DNA from: Malacoraja senta
Lineage: Eukaryota
Length of the DNA: 64,000 nt
Direction of reading: 5' to 3'
Assembly: GCA_038087875.1 (NCBI GenBank)
Contig: CM075995.1
Span: 10,604,001-10,668,000 of the forward strand
Below, one piece after another: positions 51,201 to 63,645 of this stretch. The first letter of the stretch is position 1, and each line of letters opens with the position of its first letter. The translations under genes were made by a program, and so were the position numbers. Below the pieces are notes generated by a model. That model searched no databases, was not told the origin of the DNA, and saw only the letters and a list, made by a program, of their open reading frames with translations.

Positions 51201-51886
51201 AAAGTAGGCATGCAGGTGCAGCAGGCAGTGAAGAAAGCGAATGGTATGTTGGCCTTCATAGCAAGGGGATTTGAGTATAGGAGCAGGGAGGTTCTACTGC
51301 AGTTGTACAGGGTCTTGGTGAGACCACACCTGGAGTATTGCGTACAGTTTTGGTCTCCAAATCTGAGGAAGGACATTATAGCCATAGAGGGAGTGCAGAG
51401 AAGGTTCACCAGACTGATTCCTGGGATGTCAGGACTTTCATATGAAGAAAGACTGGATAGACTTGGCTAATACTCGCTAGAATTTAGGAGATTGAGAGGG
51501 GATCTTATAGAAACGTTCAAAATTCTTATGGGGTTGGACAGGCTAGGTGCAGGAAGATTGTTCCCGATGTTGGGGAAGTCCAGGACAAGGGGTCACAGCT
51601 TAAGGATAAGGGGGAAATCCTGATGAGGAAAAACGTTTTCACACAGAGAGTGGTGAATCTCTGGAACTCTCTGCCACAGAGGGTAGTTGAGGCCAGTTCA
51701 TTGGCTATATTTAAGAGGGAGTTAGATGTGGCCCTTGTGGCTAAGGGGATCAGGGGGTATGGAGAGAAGGCAGGTACGGGATACTGAGTTGGATGATCAG
51801 CCATGATCATATTGAATGGCGGTGCAGGCTCGAAGGGCCGAATGGCCTACTCCTGCACCTATTTTCTATGTATCTATGTATCTATG
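48255..51886 (+). mobile_element. Long CR1: ORF1 SGNH-esterase C-terminus plus ORF2 (APE with internal deletion, RT) and 3' tail
   Basis: CLPGA, HIGTND, DGLHLN; NARR, TETWL, SDH; QHGF, LDFQKAFD, GVPQGS, FADD; (TATCTATG)n tail. The DIRS RH frame LGALYG / LKAYC is split around it. Confidence 0.93.
50200..50497. mobile_element. MITE of about 300 bp with imperfect TIRs
   Basis: AAGGCCTGACTCAC..TGCGGTCATTGGTGG against inverted AAGGCTCTGTCTTAC..TGCGGTCATCGGCGG. TA or TTA TSD in host CCAGTTAGTCTA. Confidence 0.82.
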
Positions 51887-52730
51887 ACTTAAAGGCGTAT
51901 TGTACTAGTATGCATGACTTGCATGTTCAGCTTTAGATTGACAACACTACAGCAGTAGCATACGTTAATCACATGGGTGGAATCTAGTCGGTATCATGTG
52001 ATAAATTGGCTAACCTTATTTGGCATTGGTGTATTACAAGAAACATCTGGATTTCAGCTATCTACTTACCAGGTAGATTTAACATGGTGGCGGACATCAG
52101 GTCACGAAAATTCAATGACAACACAGAATGGATGTTGAATCATGAAATATTTAATGATATTGTCGCTCGGTATGGCGTACCAGATATTGATTTGTTTGCA
52201 TCCAGACTAAATCACCAGCTACCAAAGTATGTTTCATGGGAACCAGACCCAGGGGCAGTAGCGGTAGATGCATTCTCGCTACACTGGGGTGGAATGTGTT
52301 TATATGCATTTCCCCCATTTTGCCTCATCAGTTGGTGCTTGCTTAAGATCGAGCAGGACTCCGCCTCAGGCGTTTTGGTAGTTCCCGACTGGCCTACACA
52401 GCCATGGTTCCCACTCGTTCTGAGACTAATAACACAGCCTTTTATGGCTGTCCCCAAATGCAGTAACCTGCTGGTTCACCCTGTGACTGGGGAGAACCAT
52501 CCACTACATGACCGTATTAATCTATTGATTTGCAGATTCTGAGGACACAGTTCCTGGGGCTCGGACTATCAGGTCGTACGGTGGATGTGATTACTGTGGC
52601 CTGGAGGGATAGTACTAAAAAACAATACATCTCTCATATCAAGAAATGGGAGGTGTTCTGCTTGCAGTCGAACATATCATATCACACGGCAAGCATACCT
52701 GATGTGTTGGAATTTCTTTCCACACTATAT

Positions 52731-52917
52731 ATATATATTTTTTTTTAATTTGTATTTTATTAGAAGTACATTACATTACAACCACATACATTAGTACTTG
52801 TCATTTATATCTTCTTACAATTAATGTACTCCATTTATTTTTTACACTAGAAAAGGAAAAGATTGAAAGAAAGAAGAAAGTGAAGGAAAAAGTGGAAGTG
52901 TAGGAAATGTGACAACA
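52731..52917 (-). mobile_element. Short poly(A) retroposon (L1-like 3' UTR end) in the DIRS-E YR gene
   Basis: 12-bp TSD TCCACACTATAT (52719 and 52918); AATAAA and A-tail on the minus strand. Confidence 0.75.
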
Positions 52918-53159
52918 TCCACACTATATTTTGATGAGCGACTGAGCTATAGTGCCATCAACAGTGCCAGGAGTGCCTTATCGTCCTACCTGTGGCAGGG
53001 ATCGGGACAACACTCTGTTGGGTCTCACCCTTTAATATCCCAGTTCATGATGGGTAGTTTTAACTGTAACCCCCCAGGCCCAGGCACACAGAGATCTGGG
53101 ATGTGAGTGTGATTCTCACGCTGCTTCGCCAATGGGCTCCAGCAACATCCCTGTCTTTT

Positions 53160-55140
53160 TTTAAATTTTTATAAAATAGGTGCAGGAGTAGGCCATTCGG
53201 CCCTTTGAGCCTGCACCGCCATTCAATATGATCATGGCTGATCATCCAACTCAGTATCCTGTACCTGATTTCCCTCCATACCCCCTGATCCCTTTAGCCA
53301 CAAGGGCCACATCTAACTCCCTCTTAAATAAAGCCAATGAACTGGCCTCAACTACCTTCTGTGGCAGAGAATTCCAGAGATTCACCACTCTCTGTGTGAA
53401 AAATGTTTTTCTCATCTCGGTCCTAAAAGATTTCCCCTTTATCCTTAAACTGTGATAGAGAATTACCCTCAACAGAGGCACTAAGAGAACATTGGTAACA
53501 TGAACTAATGATAAAGATCCCGAAAGATAGATGGGAAAAGTATCTGATGAACACACATAATTGTTCCATTAATGCAAGACATAATTTAAATCAATTTAAA
53601 ATATTACATAGACTATATTATTCAAAAACGAGGTTGAATAAATTCTACCCAAACGTCTCTCCCAGATGCGATAAATGTTTGTTTCAAAATGCCAATATAA
53701 CACATTCATTCATAGGATGTACAAAGTTGAATAAATTTTGGAGCGATATATTTGATATATTTACAAAGCTCTTTAACTCAAGAATAGAACCTAATACGGA
53801 ATGGATTATATTTGGAATAATAGTAGAAGATATCAATTTAAACAGACCAAAAAGTATTCTTTAATTATGGGTTAATAATTGGAAAGAAATTGAAACTTAA
53901 ATTTTGGAAAAATACAGCTATACCAACTATTAAAATGTGGATTAGGAATATGACGGACATAGCACACCTTGAAGAAATGAGACTCCGCCTAATAGATAAA
54001 TATGACCAATTCTTAAGGAGTTGGTCCCCTTTCATCGACTTTTTGGAATCATGTGATGCAGCAGTACCGTAAAGATTACTGATTTCAGGTCAGGTCGTGG
54101 ATAGATTTACATCTCCGAACAAAGATTTGAAAATTTCTTTTTTAAGGGTCTTTTTCTCCTATTTCTACTTTCTACTTTTTCTTTTCTTATACTCACACTT
54201 CACGTTTTTCTATTTTCTACTATCTATTTTTCCTCTTTTTCTTCTCTCTGTTTTTTGTTTTTTTAACTTCCTTTTCAAAAACATAAAACTAGAGGTTGTA
54301 CATAGAATGTATTACGTTATGACATAGTTGGCACCTACAGGTATCACTGTATTGTTTTGTACTGTATTAACTTCTAATAAAATAAACAAAAAAAACAACA
54401 ACAAAAAACTAAACTGTGACCCCTTGACCTGGACTTCCCCAACATCGGAGACAATCTTACTGCATCTAGCCTGTCCATCCCCTTAAGAATTTTGTAAGTT
54501 TCTACAAGATCCCCCCTCAAACTTCTAAATTCTAGCGAGTACAAGCCGAGTCTATCCAGTCTTTCTTCATATGAAAGTCCTGACATCCCAGGAATCAGTC
54601 TGGTGAACCTTCTCTGTACTCCCTCTATGGCAAGAATGTCTTTCCTCAGATTTGGAGACCAAAACTGTACGCAATACTCCAGGTGTGGTCTCACCAAGAC
54701 CCTGTACAACTGCAGTAGAACCTCCCTGCTCCTATACTCAAATCCTTTTGCTATGAATGCTAACATACCATTCGCTTTCTTCACTGCCTGCTGCACCTGC
54801 ATGCGTACTTTCAATGACTGGTGTACCATGACACCCAGGTCTCGTTGCATCTCCCCTTTTCCTAATCGGCCACCATTCACATAATAGTCTACTTTCCTGT
54901 TTTTGCCACCAAAGTGGATAACCTCACATTTATCCACATTATACTGCATCTGCCATGCATTTGCCCACTCACCCAGCCTATCCAAGTCACCTTGCAGCCT
55001 CCTGGCATCCTCCTCACAGCTAATACTGCCCCCCAGCATCCTCCTCACAGCTAATGCTGCCCCCCAGCTTCGTGTCATCCGCAAACTTGGAGACGTTGCA
55101 TTCAATTCACTCGTCCAAATCATTAATATATATTATAAAT
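53160..55140 (-). mobile_element. CR1 3' fragment replacing the DIRS-E YR C-terminus, itself interrupted by L1
   Basis: ORF 54374-55123 and 3' end at about 53175-53455. Confidence 0.9.
53456..54409 (+). mobile_element. 5'-truncated L1 (ORF2 C-terminus, 3' UTR, poly(A))
   Basis: QFKILHRLYY...CDKC...H....C motif, AATAAA plus A-tail, 10-bp TSD TAAACTGTGA (53446 and 54410) at a TT/AAA-like site. Confidence 0.9.
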
Positions 55141-57316
55141 AGGTGGAGTATTTGCCCACTCCATTTAAAATTCTGTTTTATAGCTTCCCCCTGGGAGAGA
55201 GGGGTCGTGTTTTTTTTCTTCTTTTTGGCTAATTAAAGCATCAACATGTTTAAGTCTGTATCATGTTTGAATGCATTATTTATTATTACTCATCCTGTGT
55301 CAACTGAGGCAGTGTGTCGCATGGACTCGTATCCACGGCATGAAATCACAGAGCTTTGAAATCTTCACGTAGTCACTCACGTGACTCCGAAGTAAGTAAG
55401 ATTAAACGAGAACTTACCAGTTTGAAGTTTGATCTTTATTTTATGAGGAGTTACAATGAGCGATTACGTGCCCTCCGCTCCCAACCCTCGTATCATAAAT
55501 GTCATCTGGTAGTTCTAGTCATCTCTAAATCTTAATATGTCACTTCGACTACTGTTATCTGTGATTTCACACCGCTGCTTTGAAGATTGACACGCATGCG
55601 GACTTGCGGGCTTCACGTAATCGCTCATCGTAAATCCTCATAAAATAAAGATCAAACTTCAAACTGGTAAGTTCTCGTTTAATCTTACTATTCTCTGCCA
55701 CAGAAGGTATTTGATGCCAGTTCATTGGCTATATTTAAGAGGATGTTAGATGTGGCTGCACCTTGTGGCTAAAGGGTATGGAGAGAAGGCAGGCAGGGGA
55801 TACTGAGTTGGATGATCAGCCATGATCATATTGAATGGTGGTGCAGGCTCGAAGGGCCAAATGGCCTACTCCTGCACCTATTTTCTATGTTTCTATGTTT
55901 CTACGATTTCCCCTTCGTAAATCTATGCTGACTCGGACCTATCCTGTTACTGCTATCCAAATGTGCCGCTATTTCATCTTTTATAATTGACTCCCGCATC
56001 TTCCACACCACCGATGTCAGGCTAACTGGTCTATAATTCCCTGTTTTCTCTCCCACTTTTCTTAAAAAGTGGGATAACATTAGCTACACTCCAATCCACA
56101 GGAACTGATCCTGAATATATAGAACATTGGAAAATTATCACCAATGCGTCCACGATTTCTAGAGCCACTTCCTTAAGTACCCTGGGATGCAAACCATCAG
56201 GCCCTGGGGATTTATCAGCCTTCAGTCCCATCAGTCAACCCAACATCATTTCCTGCCTAATGTGGATTTCCTCCAGTTCCTTCATCACCCCTGATCCTCT
56301 GGTCACTAGTACATCAGGAAGATTGTTTGTGTCCTCCTTAGTGAAGATGGATCCAAAATATCTGTTCAACTCATCTGCCATTTCCTTGTTCCCCATAATA
56401 AATTCATCTTTTTCAGTCTTCATGGGTCCAACTTTTGCCTTAACTATTTTTTTCCTCTTCACATACCTAAATAAACTTTTACTATCCTCCTTTATATTCT
56501 TGGCTTACCTTCGTACCTCATCTTTTCTCCCCGTATTGCCTTTTTGGTTATCTTCTGTTGCTTTTTAAACATTACCCAATCCTCTTGCTTCCCGCTCATC
56601 TTTGCTACGTTGTAATTCTTCTCTTTTATTTTTATACTGTCCCTGACATCCCTTGTCAGCCACGGAATTTTGGAATTTTTCTTCCTCTTCGGAATGAACT
56701 GATCCTGCACCTTCTGTATTATTCCAGGAATACCTGCCATTGTTCCACTGTCATCCCTGCTACGGTATCTTCCAGTCAACTTTGGCCAGCTCCTCCCTCA
56801 TGACTCCATAGTCCCCTTTAATCAACTATTATACTGACACCTCCGATTTACACTTCTCCCTCTCCAATTGTAGATTAAACCTCACCATATTTTGATCACT
56901 ACCACCTAATGGCTCCTTAACCTCAAGTTCCATTATCAAATCCGGTTCATTAGATAACACTAAATCCAGAATTGTCTTCTCCCTGGTAGGCTCCAGTACA
57001 AGCTGCTCTAAGAATCCATCAGTGACGCACTCCAAAAACTCCCTTTCTTGGGGTCCAGTACCAACTTGATTTTCCCAGTTTACCTGCATGTTGAAATCTC
57101 CCATAACAACTGTAGCATTACCTTTATTACATGCCAATTTTAACTCCTTTCAACGCACCCAATATCCAGGCTACTGTTTGGGGGCATGTAGACAAGTCCC
57201 ATTAGGGTCCTTTTACCCTTATAATTCCTTAGTTCTATTGATACTGACTCTCCTGTTTCAATGTCACCCCTTGCAAGGGACTGAATTTCATTCCTCCACA
57301 ATCAATCAATCAATCA

Positions 57317-58135
57317 ACCATATAACCATATAACCATTACAGCACAGAAACAGGCCATCTCGGCCCTTCAAGCCCGTGCCGAACATTTTTTTTTTGTTTT
57401 CCCTTCTTTCTTCTTTCTTCCCCCTAGTCCCATCTACCTGCACTCAGACCATAACCCTCCATTCCTTTCCCGTCCATATACCCATCCAATCTATTTTTAA
57501 AGGATAAAATCGAACCTGCCTCCACCACTTCCACTGGAAGCTCATTCCACACAGCCATCACTCTCTGAGTAAAGAAGTTCCCCCTAATGTTACCCCTAAA
57601 CTTCTGTCCCTTAATTCTCAAGTCATGTCCCCTTGTTTGAATCTTCCCTACTCTCAATGGGAAAAGCTTATCCACGTCAACTCTGTCTAACCCGCTCATC
57701 ATTTTAAAGACCTCTATCGTCCCCCCTTAACCTTCTGCGCTCCAAAGAATAAAGACCTAACTTGTTCAACCTTTCTCTGTAACTTAGTTGCTGAAACCCA
57801 GGCAACATTCTAGTAAATCTCCTCTGTACTCTCTCTATTTTGTTGACATCCTTCCTATAATTAGGCGACCAAAATTGTACTCCATACTCCAGAATTGGCC
57901 TCACCAATGCCTTGTACAATTTTAACATTATATCCCAACTTCTATATTCAATGCTCTGATTTATAAAGGCCAGCACACCAAAAGCTTTCTTTACCACCCT
58001 ATCTACATGAGATTCCACCTTCAGGGAACTATGCACAGTTATTCCTAGATCCCTCTGTTCAACTGCATTCCTCAATTCGCTACCATTTACCATGTATGTC
58101 CTATTTTGATTTGTCCGGTTAAGATGTAGCACCTC
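57317..58135 (-). mobile_element. 5'-truncated CR1 (young subfamily) inserted in a (CAAT)n tail
   Basis: Near-identical to 23899-24792, with CAAT repeats on both flanks. Confidence 0.92.
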
Positions 58136-58952
58136 AATCAATCAATCAGTTTTATTCGTCACATTGCACATAAAGTGCAAGTGAAATGAATTTGCCAGCA
58201 GCGGTACAATGATAAAGAACACACAAAAAGACACTAAAAATTTAACACAAACATCCACCACAGCATTCACTGCAGGCGTCCAGATGTGCAGACAAGGTAA
58301 AAGGTCGAGGTAAGTCCTGAATCGGTGCCTCCGCACCGGAGACCGCGGCTTCAGGCTGGTGTAGGCCGCAGGCCGGCGGTCGGAGATTTAAAGTTCGCGC
58401 CGCAGCCAGAAGCGGACTGCAGGGCCGGCGGTCTGGAGCTCCTCTCCAGGGATCCCTGGCGAGGGACCCCGCTCCTGATGGTAAGTAAGTCCCCGCCGCG
58501 CCCGCGGTAGAAGTAGGCCGCGGGCTGGTAGTTGGAGCTCTTCTTCCCCCGGGTCCCCCACGAGGGATCCCAGGCTGTGGACGTCGAGCCAGCTGGAGCT
58601 CTGCAGATCGCGGCTTCAGGCTGCCGCGGGCCAGCGAAACGGAGCGCTCCCCTCCGGTGAGGGCTTGCCCATTCCACGTCGAGAGTCGGCGTTGCGCACG
58701 CCGCCGAAGCCCCAGGCGCCTCTCCGGGAAAGGCCGCCCAATCCTCGTTGTTAGGCCACGGGGGAGGCGACATGGAAAAAGTCACCTCTCTGTGGAGGAG
58801 GCGACCAAAGCGGTTTCCCCCTTACCCCCCCACACCAACCCCACACAAGACACACAAAGAAACATTAAAAAACATACATTAAAACATAGTAAAAATACTA
58901 AATAAGTTGGAAAAAACAGACACGCTGCTGACAGGGTTTGCCGCGCCCCCAC
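58136..58952 (-). mobile_element. GC-rich non-coding retroposon with AATAAA and a (ATTG)n tail
   Basis: Interrupts the host CR1 and has a LINE-like 3' tail, but no recognisable protein motifs. Confidence 0.6.
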
Positions 58953-59349
58953 CGACCAAGAGCTACCCCACCCCCTCTGCCCACCTGTCTGTCTTTACCA
59001 TAGGAGGTATACCCTTGAATATTCAGTTCCAAGCCCTGGCCCTCTTGCAGCCATGTCTCTGTAATTCCCACAACATCATACTTGCCAATTTCTAACTGTG
59101 CCTCAAGCTCGTCCAATCTATTTCTTGTACTTCGCGCATTCATATTCAATTTGTCCTTGGTATTCACCTCCCCTCTCGCACTTCTCGCAATTGGCCCTGG
59201 CCTTACTCTCTTATCCCAGTGCTGCCAGGGGTGGTTTTTGAGGCAGATATGACAGTGGCATTTAATAGATTTTGGATTTAACAAGGTATGCATGTAATGG
59301 AGGCATATGGATTATATGCAGGCAGGTAACATTTCCCTTGCCATCATGT

Positions 59350-60044
59350 GTAGGAAAGAACTGTAGATGCTGGTTTAAATCGGATGTAGACACAAAATGC
59401 TGGAGTAACTCAGCGCGACAGGCAGCTTCTCTGGAGAGAAGGAATGGGTGACGTTTTGGGTCGAGATCCTTCTTCAGTCTGAAGAATAGGAATAGGAATA
59501 GGAATACTTTATTGCCACACATGACAGAGCACAGTGAGATTCTTTGCTTGGATACACAATGTATACAATTAGCAGCCACCTACGGCTCTGACAAAGTGAC
59601 AAAGCACGCTGGCTCCCCCTTTTGTCCCCCCTTCCCTCCACCACAGTGGTTCCCCCCATGCCGGATCACCATTGTCCTTGCCCCCCACCATTGTCCATTG
59701 TTCTTCCCCTCCTCCACCGTGAGGCTTCACCGCTGCCGCCACCGATGCCTCACCCCTGTCGACGCCTCCGTGGTGCCGACCTGGGTTCTGGCCGCGAGCT
59801 CCGTTGGCCGCTTCGCCCGACGCAGGCTTCTACCCACGAGGTCCCGGCTGGGCCCCGACCCGGGCTTCTACGCGGTGATCCGGGAGGCATTGAGACCACG
59901 GCGCCTCGTTAAAGGCCTCCGGCTGCATTCCCAGTCCACAGCCGCGGCTCCTCGGGAAGCCGCGCGGCCGACCCGATACGTCACCCATTCCTTCTCTCCA
60001 GAGATGCTGCCTGTCCTGCTGAGTAACTCCAGCATTTTGTGTCT
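59350..60044. repeat. Palindromic Penelope-type short repeat with two degenerate minimal hammerhead cores, interrupted by an insert
   Basis: 59388-59477 is the inverted copy of 59479-59486 plus 59969-60044. Core CTGAAGA-stem-(G/A)A(A/T)ACGTC, imperfect flanking duplication. Confidence 0.7.
59487..59968 (-). mobile_element. 5'-truncated GC-rich retroposon with AATAAA and a (TATTCC)n tail
   Basis: Tail repeats at 59485-59506; it interrupts the palindrome arm. Confidence 0.6.
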
Positions 60045-60532
60045 CCCTTGGCATTGTGTTCAGCATGGTCATTGTGGGCAGTAATTCATTTTCCTGTGCT
60101 GTACTGATATATGCTCTATTGTGATAGAGATTATGGAAACCTCCTAAACAGATTAATGTTGACACTTGGCACATCTAATATGGCCAGGGGTATATTTCTC
60201 TATTAGTAATCGGGATAGAATATACTGAAGAGTCAGACTAGATTTTGGGTGTGTGGATTCCTTGTCCCCAGAGCCTTTTACACCATCCATATGAATTACA
60301 TTGAACCTGGAAAGGTGATGGAATATTCAGAGGAGTCTTGGTAGCTACAGAGAGCTCCCACTCTATATGTCATTCAATGGAACCTTTTATCAGACTCACG
60401 TATTGAAGTAACCAAATTTATTGTAGCTATTGACATTGTTGTGAATCACCTGCTGTTATATTTAACCTTAAAAGTATAAACACATGAGGTGCTTAGCGTT
60501 TGGGAGATTCTATCGAGAGGGTGTCCATAAAT

Positions 60533-61132
60533 AAACATAGATACAAAGAAAATAAGTGCAGGAGGAGGCCGTTCGGCCCTTCGCATTCACATTCATTGCG
60601 ATCATGGCTGATCATCCACAATCAGTAACCCGTGCCTGCCTTCTCCCCATACCTCTTCATTCCGCTAACCCCAAGAGCTCTTTCTAACTCTCTTTTAAAT
60701 TCACCCGGTCAATTGGCCTCTACTGCCTTCTGTGGCAGAGAATTCCACAAATTTACAACTTTCTGCGTGAAAAAGTTTTTTCTCATCTCAGTTTTAAATG
60801 GCCTCCCCTGTATTCTTAGACTATGCCCTCTGGTTTTGGACTCCCCCAACATTGTGAAATTGTTTCCTGCATCTAGTTTGTTCAGTCCTTTTATAATTTT
60901 ATATGATTCTGTAAGATGCCCTCTTATCCTAAATTCCAGTGAAGACAAGCCATGTCTTACCAATCTTTCCTCATATTACAGTCCCACCATCCTGGGGATT
61001 AACGTGAACGTGCGCTGCACTCAATAACAAGGATGTCTTTCCTCAAATCCGGAGACCAAAACTGCACACAACACTACAGATGTGGTTTCATCAGGGCCCT
61101 GTACAACTGCAGAAGGACCGCTTTACTCCTAT
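60533..61132 (-). mobile_element. CR1 3' fragment
   Basis: ORF 60709-60963 and a CR1 3' end. Confidence 0.88.
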
Positions 61133-61214
61133 AAGTATATCCGTGTTGATGAACAAAGACAATCAGACAAGTTTGGTCTTCGAGAAGTTCACTTCACAAG
61201 TCACAACAATCGGC

Positions 61215-61570
61215 GTCTAAATTGGATACAAGGCGCAAGTTTTGGGCCAATCTGATAATATATACAATAATGACAGGCATAGAGAAGATGGAGAGCCTGA
61301 ACTTTATCCCCAGAATGGAAAAGTTAAATACAAGAGGGCTAAAGTGTGAGGGGCAAACATTGGAGCAGATGTGCCAAACATTTTTTTTACCCAAATTGTG
61401 GGAGCTTGGAAAATGCTGCCAGGGGTGGTGGTGAGGCAGATGCAACAGTGGCGTTTAAGAGGCCTTTGGATTATATTCAGGTAGCTAAGAGATGGTCTTG
61501 CATTTATGTTCGGCACAGACATTGTGAGCCAAAGAGCCTATTCTGGTCCTGTGCTGCTCTATGTTCTAAG
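61215..61570 (+). mobile_element. Old CR1 3' fragment
   Basis: Degenerate PRMEK.NTRG..K...FF.Q.V..W..LP and tail. Confidence 0.6.
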
Positions 61571-62006
61571 TCTAGTTCCGGCTCCGTCGGCTATCATATA
61601 ATCAACATGCACATCATCTAAATTCAATGGGACTGGTGCAGAATGTTCCCAGAGATAAAACACACCCAATGGAGAAGTCACTATGTTGAAATGCAAATTA
61701 TGGAATAAAAGAAACAAAGAATGAAACAGTGGAACAAGGGGGCATGTGATCTTTGATCTTGTGCACAGTCATGAGCAACTGTTCAACAGTCGTCACAAAC
61801 CGTTCCAGCTCACTGTATTGCTATTGGATTATTATTGTCACGAGTACTGAGGGACAATGAAAAAAGTTTTTTTGTTGCCTGTCATTCGGTTAAATCAAAG
61901 AACGCCATGCACGAGTACAGTCACCCCAAAGAAAAGTGCAACAAGCAGAGCGAAGAGAAAAATACCAACGTGCAGAACACAGTTTCCCGTTATGGTTACA
62001 GATGAA

Positions 62007-63645
62007 AATAGACAATAGACAATAAACAATTCGTGCATAAGTAGGCCATTCGTCCCTTCGAGCCAGCACCGCCATTCAATGTGATCATGGCTGATCATCC
62101 CCAATCTGTACCCCATTCCTGCCTTCTCCCCATATCCCCTGATTCCGCTATCTTTAACTGCCCTATCTTGCTCTCTCCTGAAAGTATCCAGAGAACCGGC
62201 CTCCATCACCCTCTGAGGCAGAGAATTCCACAGACTCACAACTCTCTGAGTGCAAAAATGTTTCCTCATCTCTGTTCTAAATGGCTTACACCTTATTCTT
62301 AAACATTGGCCCCTGGTTCTGGACTCCTCCAACATCCTGCCTCCAGCATGTCCAAACCTTAAATCCTTCTGGACTCCAGAGTATACAAGCCCAGCCTCTC
62401 CATTCTATCAGCATTTGACCGTCCTGCCATCCCGGGAATTAACCTTGTAAACCTATGCTGCACTCCCTCAATAGCAAGAATGTCCTTCCTCAAATTAGGG
62501 GACCAAAACTGCACACAATACTCCAGGTGTAGTCTCACAAGGGTCCTGTATAACTGCAGAAGGACCTCTTTGCTCCTATACTCAACTCCTCTTGTTATGA
62601 AGGCCAACATGCCATTCTCTTTCTGCACTGCCTGCTGTACCTGCATGCTTACTTTCATTGACTGATGAACAAGGACCCCCAGATCCCGTTGTACTTCCCC
62701 TTTTCCCAACTTGACACTATTTAGGTAATAATCTGCCTTCCTGTTTTTGCTACCAAAGTGGATAACCTCACATTTGTCCACATTAAAATGCATCTGCCAT
62801 GCATCCACCCACCCACCCAACCTGTCCAAGTCACCCTGCATCCTCATAGCAACCTCCTCACAATTCACACTGCCACCCAGCTTTGTGTCATCTGCAAATT
62901 TGCTAATGTTACTTTGAATCCCTTCATCTAAATCATTGATTGTATATTGTAAATATCAGATTTATATCAGATGTATATTGTATCCAGACAGAGTTGGCGT
63001 GGATAAGCTTTTCCCATTGAGAGTAGGGAAGATTCAAACAAGGGGACATGACTTGAGAATTAAGGGACAGAAGTTTAGGGGTAACATTAGGGGGAACTTC
63101 TTTACTCAGAGAGTGGTAGCTGTGTGGAATGAGCTTCCAGTGGAAGTGGTGGAGGCAGGTTCAATTGTATCCTTTAAAAATAGATTGGATAGGTATATGG
63201 ACGGGAAAGGAATGGAGGGTTGTGTTCTGAGTGCAGGTAGATGGGACTAGGGGGAAGAAAGAAGAAAGAAGGAAAAAATAATTTAAAAGTGTTCGGCACG
63301 GACTTGAAGGGCCGAGATGGCCTGTTTCCGTGCTGTAATGGTTATATGGTTATATGGTTAAATAGCTGTGGTCCCAGCACCGAGCCTTGCGATACCCCAC
63401 AAGTCACTGTCTGTCATTCTGAAAGGGACCCGTTAATCCCTCCTCTTTGTTTCCTGTCTGCCAACCAATTTTCTATCCATGTCGGCACTCTACACCCAAT
63501 AACACGTGCCCTAATTTTGACCACTAATCTCCTATGTGGGACCTTTTCAAATGCTTTCTGAAAGTCCAGGTACACTACATCCATTGGCTCTGCCTTGTCC
63601 ATTTTCCTAGTTACATCCTCAAATAATTCAAGAAGATTAGTCAGA
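62007..63645 (-). mobile_element. CR1 RT-to-3' fragment (62007-62955 and 63359-63645)
   Basis: ORFs 62359-62868 and 63414-63602; (TATTGTC)n tail. Confidence 0.9.
62985..63358 (+). mobile_element. Short CR1 (young subfamily) inserted antisense in CR1
   Basis: Same subfamily sequence with a (TATATGGT)n tail; TAAATA on both sides. Confidence 0.9.

Larger units (their letters stand above)
45414..55692 (+). mobile_element. DIRS-E with multiple nested insertions
   Basis: 5' terminus TTTTACTTTGGAGTCA at 45415, gag 45806-47061, RT about 47040-47946, RH 48016-48255 and from 51887, MT 52006-52542, YR 52530-53157 (C-terminus lost), ICR about 55363-55470, 3' terminus ...AATCTTACTATT. Confidence 0.92.
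55904..59215 (-). mobile_element. Older CR1 APE/tether region (55904-57297 and about 58955-59215), host of two nested inserts
   Basis: NARS, TETWL, GGGVA, VMGDFN, LDLVLSN, PWLT, KSPGPDG. Confidence 0.85.

Noticed and set aside
52719..52929. Insertion hotspot in YR, close to the homologous site hit by DIRS-C in DIRS-B
   Set aside because: Different mechanisms, sites about 10 bp apart in AT-rich sequence, and only two events.
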